A stretch of DNA of 64,000 nt. Origin: Candidatus Woesebacteria bacterium GW2011_GWB1_39_10 (GTDB taxonomy: Bacteria > Patescibacteriota > Microgenomatia > UBA8517). The stretch covers positions 8,155 through 72,154 of the forward strand of contig LBVU01000001.1 of assembly GCA_000993205.1 (NCBI GenBank), written 5' to 3'. Under the pieces are notes generated by a model. The model ran no database searches. It was not told the DNA's origin and saw nothing but the letters and a program-made list of their open reading frames with translations. Position numbers and translations under genes: made by a program. How positions within the stretch are numbered: the first letter of the stretch is position 1; each line of letters opens with the position of its first letter. Below are positions 1-9,303 of this stretch, piece after piece.

Positions 1-287
1 ATGGTGCTAGGGCCACTCCCATTTATAGAGATGTAAATGGCGATCCAATTCAGGAAATACAGTTTGTAATCACAAAACCCAACTGGAAAGGAACACTTCT
101 TGTTACAACCAATTGGGACTATCCCAAAACCCCGCCTCTAATTCAGGTAATTTCGGATGTCGATCCGACACGACCAGGAAAAGAGCTTCACGAGGTAAAG
201 TTGGATGCAGACGGCAAGCCAATTTGGACATCAGAATCGGATTTCATCGATGTGGTGTTTGAGTTGGAAAAGCTCGAGGAGTTGTAA
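1..287 (+). CDS. hypothetical protein, C-terminal fragment running in from the window edge; weak UBC/UEV-like (E2-fold) resemblance
   Basis: Frame-3 open reading from position 3 to the TAA at 285-287, which overlaps the ATG of the next gene (TAATG). The segment TLLVTTNWDYPKTPPLIQV resembles the E2 'F..YPF.PPKV' strand motif. No HPN-Cys active-site motif was seen in the downstream part of the fragment. Confidence 0.35.
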   Translation, partial: GARATPIYRDVNGDPIQEIQFVITKPNWKGTLLVTTNWDYPKTPPLIQVISDVDPTRPGKELHEVKLDADGKPIWTSESDFIDVVFELEKLEEL

Positions 288-1237
288 TGCAAACATTTCG
301 AACGCACGGGCTCCTTCCTTCTGAGGCATTGAAAAAGACGGTTGTCGTTTTAGGATTAGGAAGTGTGGGAGCAAGTTTTGTGGCTGACATACCTTACGAA
401 TTCGGTATGTTGGTCTTGGTTGACCCAGGTAAGTTAAAGGTCGAGAATGTCGAGAGACATCCCCTTGGAAAGTCTCATCTGGGTTGGAATAAAGCAGATG
501 CGGCCAAAGACTTTCTTGTCAAAGAAAAGGGAGTGCCTGCCGGACGTATTAAGGCGTTTTCCCAGACTGACAAGGAAGTATTGCCACTTTTTACCAATGC
601 CGATCTTGTGGTTTGTGCGATCGATGATAAGCCCTCTTGTCGTCGCGTAAATGACTGGTGTTTTGAGCATAGCACACCCAAGCACAATATTCCTGCTATT
701 TACGGAGGCGTATATCCACTGGGTTTGGGTGGGGAGGTTATCGCCATTCCAACTCCGAGGGAAGTTTGCTATCGTTGCGCTGAACGCCAGAGAGCAACCA
801 AAGTTCTCCCTCCGGCACATGCTGGGAATTATGGATTAAACCCCGAACTTCTTGGCAGCGCCGATAGTCCAAAAGCAATCCCGGCTCTTAAAGCGAGTAT
901 TACGGCGATTGTTTCCGAAATGGTGCCTTTGGCCTGGAGAATGCTTTTTCCTGGTGACGATCCAGTTACTCCTCAGATAAGATTTCGTGCGCTTGAGGGG
1001 TGGATCGAAGTTGCAAGGATACCACGGGGTTCTACTGAACTCGAAATTGAAGTCAGAGAAATCGGTATACACAAAAAGTTGCTTTTGGCCGAAAATAACG
1101 CTAAAATAACCCCTGTTGATCCGGAAGGATACCACGGATACCTTATCCGCAGGCAGCCTTGGCCGAAGTTAGTTGTTCAATGGTCGCGATGTCCGTCACC
1201 ACATGGTGGACAGAACGTCCAATTTTCAGATCTTTAA
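287..1237 (+). CDS. E1-like adenylating enzyme, ThiF/MoeB/HesA family
   Basis: Rossmann motif VVVLGLGSVGASF near the N-terminus. An AIDDKPSCRRVNDWC segment resembles the MoeB Mg/ATP site. A CYRC (CxxC) motif is present. Length of 316 aa fits stand-alone bacterial E1-like proteins. Confidence 0.7.
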   Translation: MQTFRTHGLLPSEALKKTVVVLGLGSVGASFVADIPYEFGMLVLVDPGKLKVENVERHPLGKSHLGWNKADAAKDFLVKEKGVPAGRIKAFSQTDKEVLPLFTNADLVVCAIDDKPSCRRVNDWCFEHSTPKHNIPAIYGGVYPLGLGGEVIAIPTPREVCYRCAERQRATKVLPPAHAGNYGLNPELLGSADSPKAIPALKASITAIVSEMVPLAWRMLFPGDDPVTPQIRFRALEGWIEVARIPRGSTELEIEVREIGIHKKLLLAENNAKITPVDPEGYHGYLIRRQPWPKLVVQWSRCPSPHGGQNVQFSDL

Positions 1238-1249
1238 AAGGAGATTGTT

Positions 1250-1576
1250 ATGACCGCCGTTTTGAATAATCGTATGCCCGAAAGTGTCAAGCTGGTTGAA
1301 GATGCCAAGGCGACCTATGAAGCCCTGGCCGCGATGGTCCTTGATGACAGCCATCCTGTCGTCGTTTTGCCAGCCGATGCCAAAGAGCTTCCAGGCGTTG
1401 AACTTCTGGTGAGCCTTGGTGGAGCGACTTTCGTTCCCGAAACCCGCGAGGTGACCCTCCTGGTCGAGGCGCCCGTCGCCCCCGAACAAAAACCGCCTGC
1501 AGGTGTCAAAGAAGCTGCCGCAGCGCAGTCTTCGTTCGCTGGTCAGGGACGCCGCGAAGAAGAACGCCGCGAGTAA
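1250..1576 (+). CDS. small acidic hypothetical protein (108 aa), GC-rich
   Basis: Strong SD (AAGGAG) 8 nt upstream of the ATG. Contains an internal LSLGG at residues about 55-59, followed by an Ala/Pro/Glu-rich tail. No recognisable family. Confidence 0.4.
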   Translation: MTAVLNNRMPESVKLVEDAKATYEALAAMVLDDSHPVVVLPADAKELPGVELLVSLGGATFVPETREVTLLVEAPVAPEQKPPAGVKEAAAAQSSFAGQGRREEERRE

Positions 1577-1806
1577 TTCGCCGGCACGATCTAGAATGAT
1601 CCAGTTTAAACTGGAGTGAGTGCATATACTGCAGTTTTCTAATCCCTCCTTGGGAAAAGAGAACTGCAGTATTTTTTTGGCCAAAACACTTGACCCATAG
1701 TTGATTTTTCTTCTTTTATCCTATAAACTCCCTAAGTTACTAAAGTTGTGATTTTCGTCACAATTGCTCTTTGTCAATTCAAACGTTTACCCAAAAGGAG
1801 TAATAA

Positions 1807-2772
1807 ATGGCTAAAAGTGATAGTAAACCTGCAGGTAAGGCCGACGCCTCATCGCCAAGGGATTCAGCTCCCGGTTCAGATCCTGTCAAGACCGTTTCCC
1901 AGGTCCCCGCGGTTCCTGCCGCACCTCCCGCGCCTGAAGTCATGAATGCCGCAGATCTGGTTGAACGCATTCTCGGTGATATGCTGTCCCTGCGACCTGT
2001 GAGGCCGCTCTTAAGTCGCGTTGCTGCGCTGCTTTCCTATAAGCAGATGGGTGTACCTGTGGAAGAGGCTCTTGCCGAACTGGATTTGGCAGATATCTCG
2101 CTGAGGACCATCACTCCTGGGATCGGTGCGATGATCAAGGCCGCCGATGAAGCTGACCTGGCTTTAGTGCGGGAATTCAATGAAAAAGCTGGCGAGGGTC
2201 GCTTGGTGAAAGTTGATGATATGGATCCTGGTCCCGCCAAAGAAGCAGAGCTAAAAGAGCATGCTGATAATCGCCAAAAGGCGGCAGCGCTTTTAGGTCG
2301 AGCGCAACCTCTTTTGACCGCAATTTTTGCGGTGGAAGATAAAGGTGGGGTAGCTGGCTGGTTCCGTAAGGCTGTGGACAAAGTTGACGAACTCACCTTG
2401 GTTAAACCTGGGGAAAGCCCCGCTGAATTTCCCGGGTGGCAGACTGCTCCCAAACTCAATGAGAGCATTCCTGCTGTGAAAGCCCTCCTGAGCGAGCTGA
2501 AGTTGATCGAGAGTACCTACGCCCGCGTTCGGGATCCCAGAAAGGCTCTCGCACAACTCGCCAACCTGAACATCAAGTTCACGGCTGAACGGGTTCGTTT
2601 CGTTCTCGATTCCTGTGTGGAATTGGCCAATGCTCAGGTTGCCCAGTCGGCGAAGGCGGAAGGAGTTGCTGAAGCCGATACTGCCGCTTTTGTGGCCAAA
2701 GCACAAAAGAATGACTCCGTTCGCGAGATCGCTCAAAGCGCTCAGGATTACCTGGATTCCGCCAAGAAGTAG
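1807..2772 (+). CDS. hypothetical protein with a disordered Pro/Ala-rich N-terminus and a helical C-terminus
   Basis: Long ORF with an RBS (AAAAGGAG) upstream. GC is about 58%, far above the window average. No recognisable motifs. Confidence 0.5.
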   Translation: MAKSDSKPAGKADASSPRDSAPGSDPVKTVSQVPAVPAAPPAPEVMNAADLVERILGDMLSLRPVRPLLSRVAALLSYKQMGVPVEEALAELDLADISLRTITPGIGAMIKAADEADLALVREFNEKAGEGRLVKVDDMDPGPAKEAELKEHADNRQKAAALLGRAQPLLTAIFAVEDKGGVAGWFRKAVDKVDELTLVKPGESPAEFPGWQTAPKLNESIPAVKALLSELKLIESTYARVRDPRKALAQLANLNIKFTAERVRFVLDSCVELANAQVAQSAKAEGVAEADTAAFVAKAQKNDSVREIAQSAQDYLDSAKK

Positions 2773-2803
2773 GGGAAAAAACGTTTGAAGTAAGAATTGC
2801 CGG

Positions 2804-3673
2804 ATGAGGCTTGTTTTTAGCCTTGTCCGGCAATATTTTTTTAATATTATGCAAATAGAACAAGAAATACATGATTCAGAACAAAAATTAGATTATGTTT
2901 TTGGAGTAATCCAAAAACCGGCCAGTCGTGGCAAAAACTTCATTATTGGATGGGACATAAGCGGAAATCCGGTAGTAAAATTGACTGTCAGGGAAGATGA
3001 AGCAATTACCAGGAAGGGTTATGAGACTCGAGGCAGAAATGCAGTGCTGGAGTTCCCTTTTAGCAGGGAAATTGCAGAATTTACGCCCAGAGCCCTTGAG
3101 TTTCTAGAGATGGCGAAGCCTCAGGACAATGCAGATCAAGGAAGGCAATTTACAGAAGATGTTGTTAACATTGCCTGTGCCAATGGGACTGGGTCTACAA
3201 GTTTCTTACAGGTAAAAGAAAGGGTTTTATTGGGTGCAATAATGGATACGCAGTTAACATGGGGGATAGGAAATCCGCCCAGGTCTTCATATAGTGTGGC
3301 CATTCCAGAAGAAGAAACAGGAACTTTGAACTTTTTGCTTTTTAGCCCTGGCAACGGCGCTTCTAACGAATTTGCATATAGAAGATTTTTACTTGGGGTG
3401 ATAAAAACTTTGGCCACAATTGATAGAAATCAGAATCCACCTGACCAAAAAGGATATGTGTATGTTGTAGAACAAGTAGTACAGAAACTTGAGAGTCTGG
3501 CTCAGGCTGAGAGATCGCAGGCTGGAGTTTTGGAAAAAATACAAATGGAAATGGGTGTTTTGGATCAAATTCGGGGTGTTGCGCTTCTTAACACACTTCC
3601 CGTAGATGGTTTACGAGTGGTTTTGAGGAACTTCAAAAATGTAGTAGACGAGAGTTTTGCTAACGGAAAGTAA
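2804..3673 (+). CDS. hypothetical protein (the true start is possibly the ATG near 2849)
   Basis: Long ORF followed by a hairpin terminator. No family recognised. Confidence 0.45.
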   Translation: MRLVFSLVRQYFFNIMQIEQEIHDSEQKLDYVFGVIQKPASRGKNFIIGWDISGNPVVKLTVREDEAITRKGYETRGRNAVLEFPFSREIAEFTPRALEFLEMAKPQDNADQGRQFTEDVVNIACANGTGSTSFLQVKERVLLGAIMDTQLTWGIGNPPRSSYSVAIPEEETGTLNFLLFSPGNGASNEFAYRRFLLGVIKTLATIDRNQNPPDQKGYVYVVEQVVQKLESLAQAERSQAGVLEKIQMEMGVLDQIRGVALLNTLPVDGLRVVLRNFKNVVDESFANGK

Positions 3674-3704
3674 TGCTTCTTCTTTTCGGATTTTGCCAAA
3701 AAAA

Positions 3705-3758
3705 GTGCCGGTACGGTTGTTGCTGACTGTGTGTCAACGTTAACCGCACCGGCATTTA
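3705..3758. terminator. bidirectional intrinsic terminator hairpin between convergent genes
   Basis: TGCCGGTACGGTT ... AACCGCACCGGCA forms a 13-bp stem with one mismatch. An A-run lies upstream and TTT downstream. Confidence 0.5.
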
Positions 3759-3787
3759 CTTACAAGAACCTATCTAGTCTTGCGCTC

Positions 3788-5626
3788 TTAGCGTAGTGAA
3801 CCGGGGTTAATCTTGACCTCGATTCGGACATAACGATCGGCCTGGTTAATGGCCGGATCGCAGGACAAAGTCCCGACCCGTGCGTACACAGAGATGAGCG
3901 GTGCGGGGATTCCTGCGCCTTGAATCAAGGCAAACTGGATGTTTGTAGCCCGCTGTAGAGCGAACTCTCGAACATATTCTTCACTATACTGGCACCACCC
4001 GGCTGCGCTACCCGTAATCAGGATAACGACGTTTTGTGTCTGCGCCATCAACTGCTGAAGCGATTTAGAACAGACAACGAGGTTGTCGTAGTCTGGTGTG
4101 TTTGGTCGGAGGAAATCCTCTCCAGCCTTGTAGCTGAGTTGGCTCACGCAGTTGAGCTCAAAAGCCGTGGGTAAGTTAACTAGCTGGGAGCCGTCCAACG
4201 CAGCAGAGGGCAAAACCTGGAAAGGTGTGTAACTGGTATTGGGCAGGGTCGTACCACTTCGAGGCCGAAGTTCCGGGTGCTGGGTGACGTATGTGGCCAA
4301 TTGCCCGAGATATTTAGTTTCACGCAAGTCGGCAACGTCATTAAGCGTTCCCAAAGGCACACCACCGTAGGCCCAAATAGCACCAAAGTCAACAAACCGT
4401 TTGTCCAGGATGTCAGTTTGGTTTGCCAGAAGTAGGTTGGAATCCAGGCTAGCCAGGCCATATGTATCAAGCCAAAGATGCATATCATTTTCGGCCGACT
4501 CTGGAAAGACATACGTCCAGTCGTTGGTATTGTATTCAATACCGTTGAAAGTAAATGTCCAACTGGCGATGGCTTCACCGGCTGCCTTCAGATTTTCCTG
4601 CTGAACCTTCAAACCTCCAAACCAATCAACCAGGAACCAGAAAACAGCATCAGGCTTTTCCGCGTTTGCCTTGTGGCTAACCACGATAATGTCTTTGAGG
4701 TTGCGGAGCCAGGTGCTGTTGACCAGAATTTGGCTTTGGGATGGGTCGCCTATTCCTTCGTCGATACAAGGAATCCAGCCGGCCACGGCGTCAGATTTGC
4801 CGTCAGCAAAGGCTTGGCATGCGTCTTCTACTGAAAAGTCGTGCCACATTCCACTGGTGTCGTACTCGCCTGTAAGCCAGGTGACGCTATTTGGAGACAT
4901 CCCTGCGGCACTCATAACAGAAAGCACTTGGAATTGACCGGCTGCGTTGGGGCTAACTGCGATAACGCAACCTTCCAGGTCATTGAACCGGGCGATGGGT
5001 TTGCCTGGACAACCAACTCGACCCACAAGGAGTGCTCGTGTTTTGTCGGCTCCGTCGGAAACACCTACATCAGTGATCCACTTACCCATCTGGGGGTTGA
5101 GCCTCAGTGTGTCACTGGTAGTCAAGATAATATCGCAAGTTCCATCCTGCATCCATCTTGCTTGGTCGCCCTCGTCATCACTTATCAAGACGTTTCCGTC
5201 AAGGTCGGTGAACCCCAGTGGGAGCACGTTCAAAATGTAGGGACGATTACTGTTGTCGGCGACAGCTGCCTGGAGAACCGAAAAATACGGTCCAAAGTAG
5301 AAAAGGCAAACCGTGATAGTTTGCTTTTCTGCGCCGGCAGGTGGAATCTGGGGAACGTTTTGTTGCTCACCATCATTACCTCCGGGTTGCGGCGCGGGCA
5401 CATAGGGCGTGTCGTTGGTTGGTGTCGTCGGTTCGGCGGGGAGGTTGTTATAGAGGTAAATACCTCCGGCGCTCACAATCAGACAAACAATGATCAGCAC
5501 ACTCAAACCTCCCCAGAATAGCCCGTTGCGTTGGCGACGGGGTGGGCGAGGGGTTTGGGGATTTCCCAAATCTCCAAGATCCAATGTCGTTGGTTGATTC
5601 AGTCCACGAAAACTTCGATTTGCCAT
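3788..5626 (-). CDS. membrane-anchored extracytoplasmic protein (N-terminal TM helix, large secreted domain)
   Basis: 612 aa. A hydrophobic segment GLSVLIIVCLIVSAGGIYL follows a basic N-terminus. Otherwise unknown; possibly a solute-binding-like domain. Confidence 0.55.
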   Translation of the reverse strand: MANRSFRGLNQPTTLDLGDLGNPQTPRPPRRQRNGLFWGGLSVLIIVCLIVSAGGIYLYNNLPAEPTTPTNDTPYVPAPQPGGNDGEQQNVPQIPPAGAEKQTITVCLFYFGPYFSVLQAAVADNSNRPYILNVLPLGFTDLDGNVLISDDEGDQARWMQDGTCDIILTTSDTLRLNPQMGKWITDVGVSDGADKTRALLVGRVGCPGKPIARFNDLEGCVIAVSPNAAGQFQVLSVMSAAGMSPNSVTWLTGEYDTSGMWHDFSVEDACQAFADGKSDAVAGWIPCIDEGIGDPSQSQILVNSTWLRNLKDIIVVSHKANAEKPDAVFWFLVDWFGGLKVQQENLKAAGEAIASWTFTFNGIEYNTNDWTYVFPESAENDMHLWLDTYGLASLDSNLLLANQTDILDKRFVDFGAIWAYGGVPLGTLNDVADLRETKYLGQLATYVTQHPELRPRSGTTLPNTSYTPFQVLPSAALDGSQLVNLPTAFELNCVSQLSYKAGEDFLRPNTPDYDNLVVCSKSLQQLMAQTQNVVILITGSAAGWCQYSEEYVREFALQRATNIQFALIQGAGIPAPLISVYARVGTLSCDPAINQADRYVRIEVKINPGSLR

Positions 5627-5678
5627 TTTCTTTCTCCTTTTGAGTGAAAATTGACCTGGTTTTGGAATTCAGCAGATA

Positions 5679-5722
5679 AAGAAATCACCTCTTTTTTGAG
5701 AAGTTGGATTAGGTGATTTCTT
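5679..5722. other. 12-bp-stem inverted repeat (AAGAAATCACCT / AGGTGATTTCTT) with a 20-nt loop in a divergent/terminal intergenic region
   Basis: Perfect inverted repeat read directly from the sequence. Function unknown. Confidence 0.35.
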
Positions 5723-5864
5723 GAGCATACACCACAGTTTGGAACTCAATTCATGGATGTGGTGTCTGTAGGTTTTGTTAAAGAACAACTAAACCTTATT
5801 AACCAGGGAGGATTAATTTGCTGGAAGATTTTATATCAAGAAGGGGTATTTGTCAAGCCTATAA

Positions 5865-7367
5865 TTATTTAAAAAGTGGTATAAAGCTGTCAGAAAATCC
5901 GACAATACCACTTTGTTCACGGATGGTGGCTCGGCCTCCACCTACGATACGTGTTCTACCAGAAGAATCTTTCCAAATATAGACCTGAACCGGTTCGGGC
6001 AAACCGCAATGGTTAACTATTTTTTGTTCTCTGGGATTGCCGACGCCGCCAAGAACGTCTTGGTAGGCTCCAATACAAGGCGCGGCGACAACCAGCCCTT
6101 TAAAGTTGTTGGTCATTACGACACTGGCCCTTGGATTGGCGGTTAACTGCTCTTTTGTAGGTACTGTACTATTCGAGTCGCAGCTCAAATCATGGAAACG
6201 GACGCGAGTGAGGGGGGAATTTGCGTTATTTGCAGGTATAAAATTGAAAGAGTCCTCCTGAATCCATAAATCCGGTATATTCAGTAAGTTTCCACCCAGC
6301 TCAAGCCATGGGATTCCGTCTGAACTATTAATAAATGTGTTGGTTATCGGATAAACGAGGTGTTCACAGTTTGTGGCTATAAAGCTTCCGCTTTCTATAA
6401 CTATTGTAGGTAATTCTACACCGTAACGTTCACAGATATTTTTAACGCCTCGCAAAAAGGGAACTAGGAATTCCTGGTGTTTGTATCCGCTATCAATTGA
6501 CGGAAATCCGCCACCGAGATTGAGGTCGGTGAGTGTTGGGTATTTACGCTTTAAAACAGCATATTGTTCGGCAGCGATTAGAGCACTTTTGGCAAAAGCT
6601 TCCGGGTTTACTGCGCTTGCGGCACTGCTCATGGCGTGAAGCATTGTAAATTTGAGATTTGGTGACGCCGCTATTTTAGCTGCCTCGTTTTGGACTCCTT
6701 CCCAATCGAATCCGAATGGAGACACCACACCCGGCAATTGTTTTTTGTCTTCCAAAACGGCAAATTTAGATCTTATACCCACACTCATTCTGCCTTTTCT
6801 GACATTTCGTCTAAAAAAGTCGGACTCACCTTGGACAAGAACGGGTGTAATATCGAGTCCTTTTTCAAATGCCTCAATTATGGTTTCTGCGTAGCCCTTA
6901 TCAAAGCGGTGAACACGCAGTTTTGGGCCATTACAAATTACTTTCTTGTCTTGCGCGATTAGACCTTTGCTTCTCAGCCACATAAAATTATGAAGGCCAA
7001 GTTCACCGCTTGTTTCCATGTGCAGCTCCTTAAGGGCGGCGGCCACAACAGGCGCCTTGAAGTTGGCTTTTTCGGCAAAATGAAATCGGAACTTGTCTTG
7101 AGGGTAACCAGCTACCTCTGCGGCTGTTTTGCAGATTCTTTTTATATCGCGCCCTCTTTTTTCAGGGATGGTGAGATCTGTAATCTGGGTTGGGGCATCG
7201 AATTTTTGGCCATGTTCTTGGTGAATGTCAATTACTCTTAATCCGTGTTCGCGAAAACAAAGATTCCAATCCCTGTCATAGGCAAAAATTTCCCAGACAG
7301 CAGGGTTTTTAAGTGTTTCTCTGAGTAATGTTTCTGCTGTTGTTTGACCGATTGTTCTTTCCCACAT
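5865..7367 (-). CDS. PLP-dependent decarboxylase, Orn/DAP/Arg decarboxylase fold (SpeA-like arginine decarboxylase candidate)
   Basis: 500 aa. Motifs ESGSFIATNCEHLVYPI and a C-terminal beta-domain CGLPEP... are typical of fold-III decarboxylases. Confidence 0.6.
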   Translation of the reverse strand: MWERTIGQTTAETLLRETLKNPAVWEIFAYDRDWNLCFREHGLRVIDIHQEHGQKFDAPTQITDLTIPEKRGRDIKRICKTAAEVAGYPQDKFRFHFAEKANFKAPVVAAALKELHMETSGELGLHNFMWLRSKGLIAQDKKVICNGPKLRVHRFDKGYAETIIEAFEKGLDITPVLVQGESDFFRRNVRKGRMSVGIRSKFAVLEDKKQLPGVVSPFGFDWEGVQNEAAKIAASPNLKFTMLHAMSSAASAVNPEAFAKSALIAAEQYAVLKRKYPTLTDLNLGGGFPSIDSGYKHQEFLVPFLRGVKNICERYGVELPTIVIESGSFIATNCEHLVYPITNTFINSSDGIPWLELGGNLLNIPDLWIQEDSFNFIPANNANSPLTRVRFHDLSCDSNSTVPTKEQLTANPRASVVMTNNFKGLVVAAPCIGAYQDVLGGVGNPREQKIVNHCGLPEPVQVYIWKDSSGRTRIVGGGRATIREQSGIVGFSDSFIPLFK

Positions 7368-7370
7368 ATG

Positions 7371-8081
7371 TTATTTGTCTTTTCCGGCGATATCTTTGGC
7401 CTTTTGGACCAAGGGGTTGTTGTCATCTAAGCCAAGCTTTTCTGCCTCAGAAAGCCACTCAGTTAGATGTCTTTCGATTATTTTTTCTTGGACAATCTGG
7501 GTAACGCGTTTGACTTTGAAAACCATGCTGTCACGGCTACCACCAAACCCCATAGGAGCGGTTTCGTCCAAGGTGTCGCTATCGGCACCACCTTGCCATT
7601 TAGCGTAATAACTTTGCAGAGCGTTAAGTCTATAAAGAAGTCTTTGATCGGCGGACAGACTATCCCAACCCGGAATCGACTCTTCGTTTAACTGCGCTAT
7701 TGCTCCCTTTTCAACAAAAACATCTATTGTCTCAAGTGTCTCTGGAGACACGGGGCTTGCTTCTGGGAAAACTGGTTTGACGTTGGGGAAGAGTAGTCCA
7801 ATGGTCTTTGAGGCTGCTGCGCCAAGTTCTTTCAATCTCCCGCGAAGTCTATTTTGGGATTCTTCATCCATGAGCCCGACTGCTGGACCTCCGCTTAGAC
7901 TTTGTATCTCAGCATTAATCATCCCATACCTTGCAAGATAAAAAGGTCTGGGTTGTTCACCCGAAAACGTCGGAAAAGCTTCGACTGTTAGGGCCTCCCA
8001 GTTTCCACTTTCGACAGCAGCTTTTAAGGCCTCTTGTTCCGGCACAAGCCCGACTTTGGCTGCGGACATCTCAGTTATCAT
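7371..8081 (-). CDS. hypothetical protein, probably co-transcribed upstream of the decarboxylase
   Basis: ORF ends 3 nt before the decarboxylase start. No family recognised. Confidence 0.45.
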   Translation of the reverse strand: MITEMSAAKVGLVPEQEALKAAVESGNWEALTVEAFPTFSGEQPRPFYLARYGMINAEIQSLSGGPAVGLMDEESQNRLRGRLKELGAAASKTIGLLFPNVKPVFPEASPVSPETLETIDVFVEKGAIAQLNEESIPGWDSLSADQRLLYRLNALQSYYAKWQGGADSDTLDETAPMGFGGSRDSMVFKVKRVTQIVQEKIIERHLTEWLSEAEKLGLDDNNPLVQKAKDIAGKDK

Positions 8082-8114
8082 AAGGCCTGTAGTATATAGA
8101 TAGGGTTTTGGGAT

Positions 8115-8142
8115 GTCAAGACTTTAAGATTGGTCGTATAAT
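8115..8142 (+). promoter_or_regulatory. putative sigma70-type promoter of epmA (perfect TATAAT -10 at 8137-8142)
   Basis: TATAAT sits 13 nt upstream of the ATG at 8156. The -35 candidate is weak. Confidence 0.3.
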
Positions 8143-8155
8143 AGCCTAGAAAAGT

Positions 8156-9187
8156 ATGATAAAAACTTGGCAAAGGATCAAAAACGATCCTAAACTCTTA
8201 AAAACTTATTTTATTCGTGAGCGGGTAATTCAAACCATCCGCGATTTTTTCAAAAAGGGAGGGTTTCATGAGGTTTTTACGCCAATTATGGTTCCGGTCC
8301 CTTCAATCGAACCCAATCTGGAAGTTTTTGAAACCCAGCTTAGAACCTCTCAAGGATTAAAGAAACGGGCCTTTTTGATTTCCAGTCCGGAATACGCGCA
8401 CAAAAGGCTTCTTGCTGCCGGGGTAGGGAGTTTGTTTGAGATCACCAGATCCTTTAGAAATGAGGAAGAGGTGAGCCGTCTACATTCACCAGAATTTACC
8501 ATACTTGAGTGGTATAGGGTTAATGCCGATTATAAGGACACAATGAAGGATTTTGAACAATTATTTTTGGAAATAATAGGTCATACTGAAATGCTGTATC
8601 AGGGACAAGAATATGATTTATCGCTACCCTGGCCAAGAATTACCGTGGCGGAAGCCTTCCAAAGATACTCGAGCATAGATACCGAGATACTCTTAGATGA
8701 GAAAAAACTAATAGAGGTGGGGAAAGAAAGGGGCTACAAAGTTGAGAGTAGTACAACGTGGGAACAAATGTTTTATCAGATATTTTTGAATGAGATTGAA
8801 ACTAAAATAAGAGATTCTCATAAGCCTACGTTTATTTACGATTATCCTTTAGCTCAGGCGTCCCTTAGCCGACCCAAGAAAGAAGACCTAGGGTTTGCGG
8901 AACGATTTGAAGTGTTTTTGGCCGGTGTGGAACTTGGAAATTGTTTTAGCGAATTAACGGATGCTGAGGCGCAACACAAAAGGTTCGAGGCAGATAAGAC
9001 CCTGAGACAAGCTCAGGGCAAGCTAGATTTTCCGATTGATGAAGATTTTGTTGAGGCCCTTAGGTCGGGAATGCCGATGTCATCCGGTATTGCCGTCGGC
9101 GTCGACCGCCTGGTAATGTTGGCTGCTGACGTTCCCAGCGTCTCCGACACAATTTTCTTCCCCGACAACGAACTCTTTAGCCTTTAA
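8156..9187 (+). CDS. epmA: EF-P beta-lysine ligase (EpmA/PoxA/GenX), a class II LysRS-like catalytic domain without the anticodon-binding domain
   Basis: 343 aa. Class II aaRS motifs are present (FRNEE, GxGxGxDR at the C-terminus). Lies immediately upstream of efp. Confidence 0.75.
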   Translation: MIKTWQRIKNDPKLLKTYFIRERVIQTIRDFFKKGGFHEVFTPIMVPVPSIEPNLEVFETQLRTSQGLKKRAFLISSPEYAHKRLLAAGVGSLFEITRSFRNEEEVSRLHSPEFTILEWYRVNADYKDTMKDFEQLFLEIIGHTEMLYQGQEYDLSLPWPRITVAEAFQRYSSIDTEILLDEKKLIEVGKERGYKVESSTTWEQMFYQIFLNEIETKIRDSHKPTFIYDYPLAQASLSRPKKEDLGFAERFEVFLAGVELGNCFSELTDAEAQHKRFEADKTLRQAQGKLDFPIDEDFVEALRSGMPMSSGIAVGVDRLVMLAADVPSVSDTIFFPDNELFSL

Positions 9188-9303
9188 AGGGTAACCCTTG
9201 CAAGGTAATGGGAAAGGACTTCTTCTTGTCAAGGTTATGGGTCTTGAGTTACAATATCGAGGCTGAGCTATTAGTTCTTCACTCTTAGCTTTTAGCTGTT
9301 TTT

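Noticed and set aside
434-1135. Several ORFs on both strands (434-820 -, 447-650 +, 475-687 -, 651-839 +, 836-1135 -) nested inside the E1-like gene
   Set aside because: All are contained within the long 287-1237 ORF, which has clear ThiF-family motifs. They are typical spurious ORFs of a GC-richer region.
1226-1684. 152-aa minus-strand ORF overlapping the 108-aa plus-strand ORF
   Set aside because: The plus-strand ORF has a strong SD at ideal spacing and fits the co-directional operon. The minus-strand ORF has no RBS and runs antisense through it.
4180-5521. Plus- and minus-strand ORFs of up to 226 aa inside 3788-5626
   Set aside because: They are nested in the 612-aa gene, which has a convincing signal-anchor. 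Shadow ORFs in a relatively GC-rich gene.
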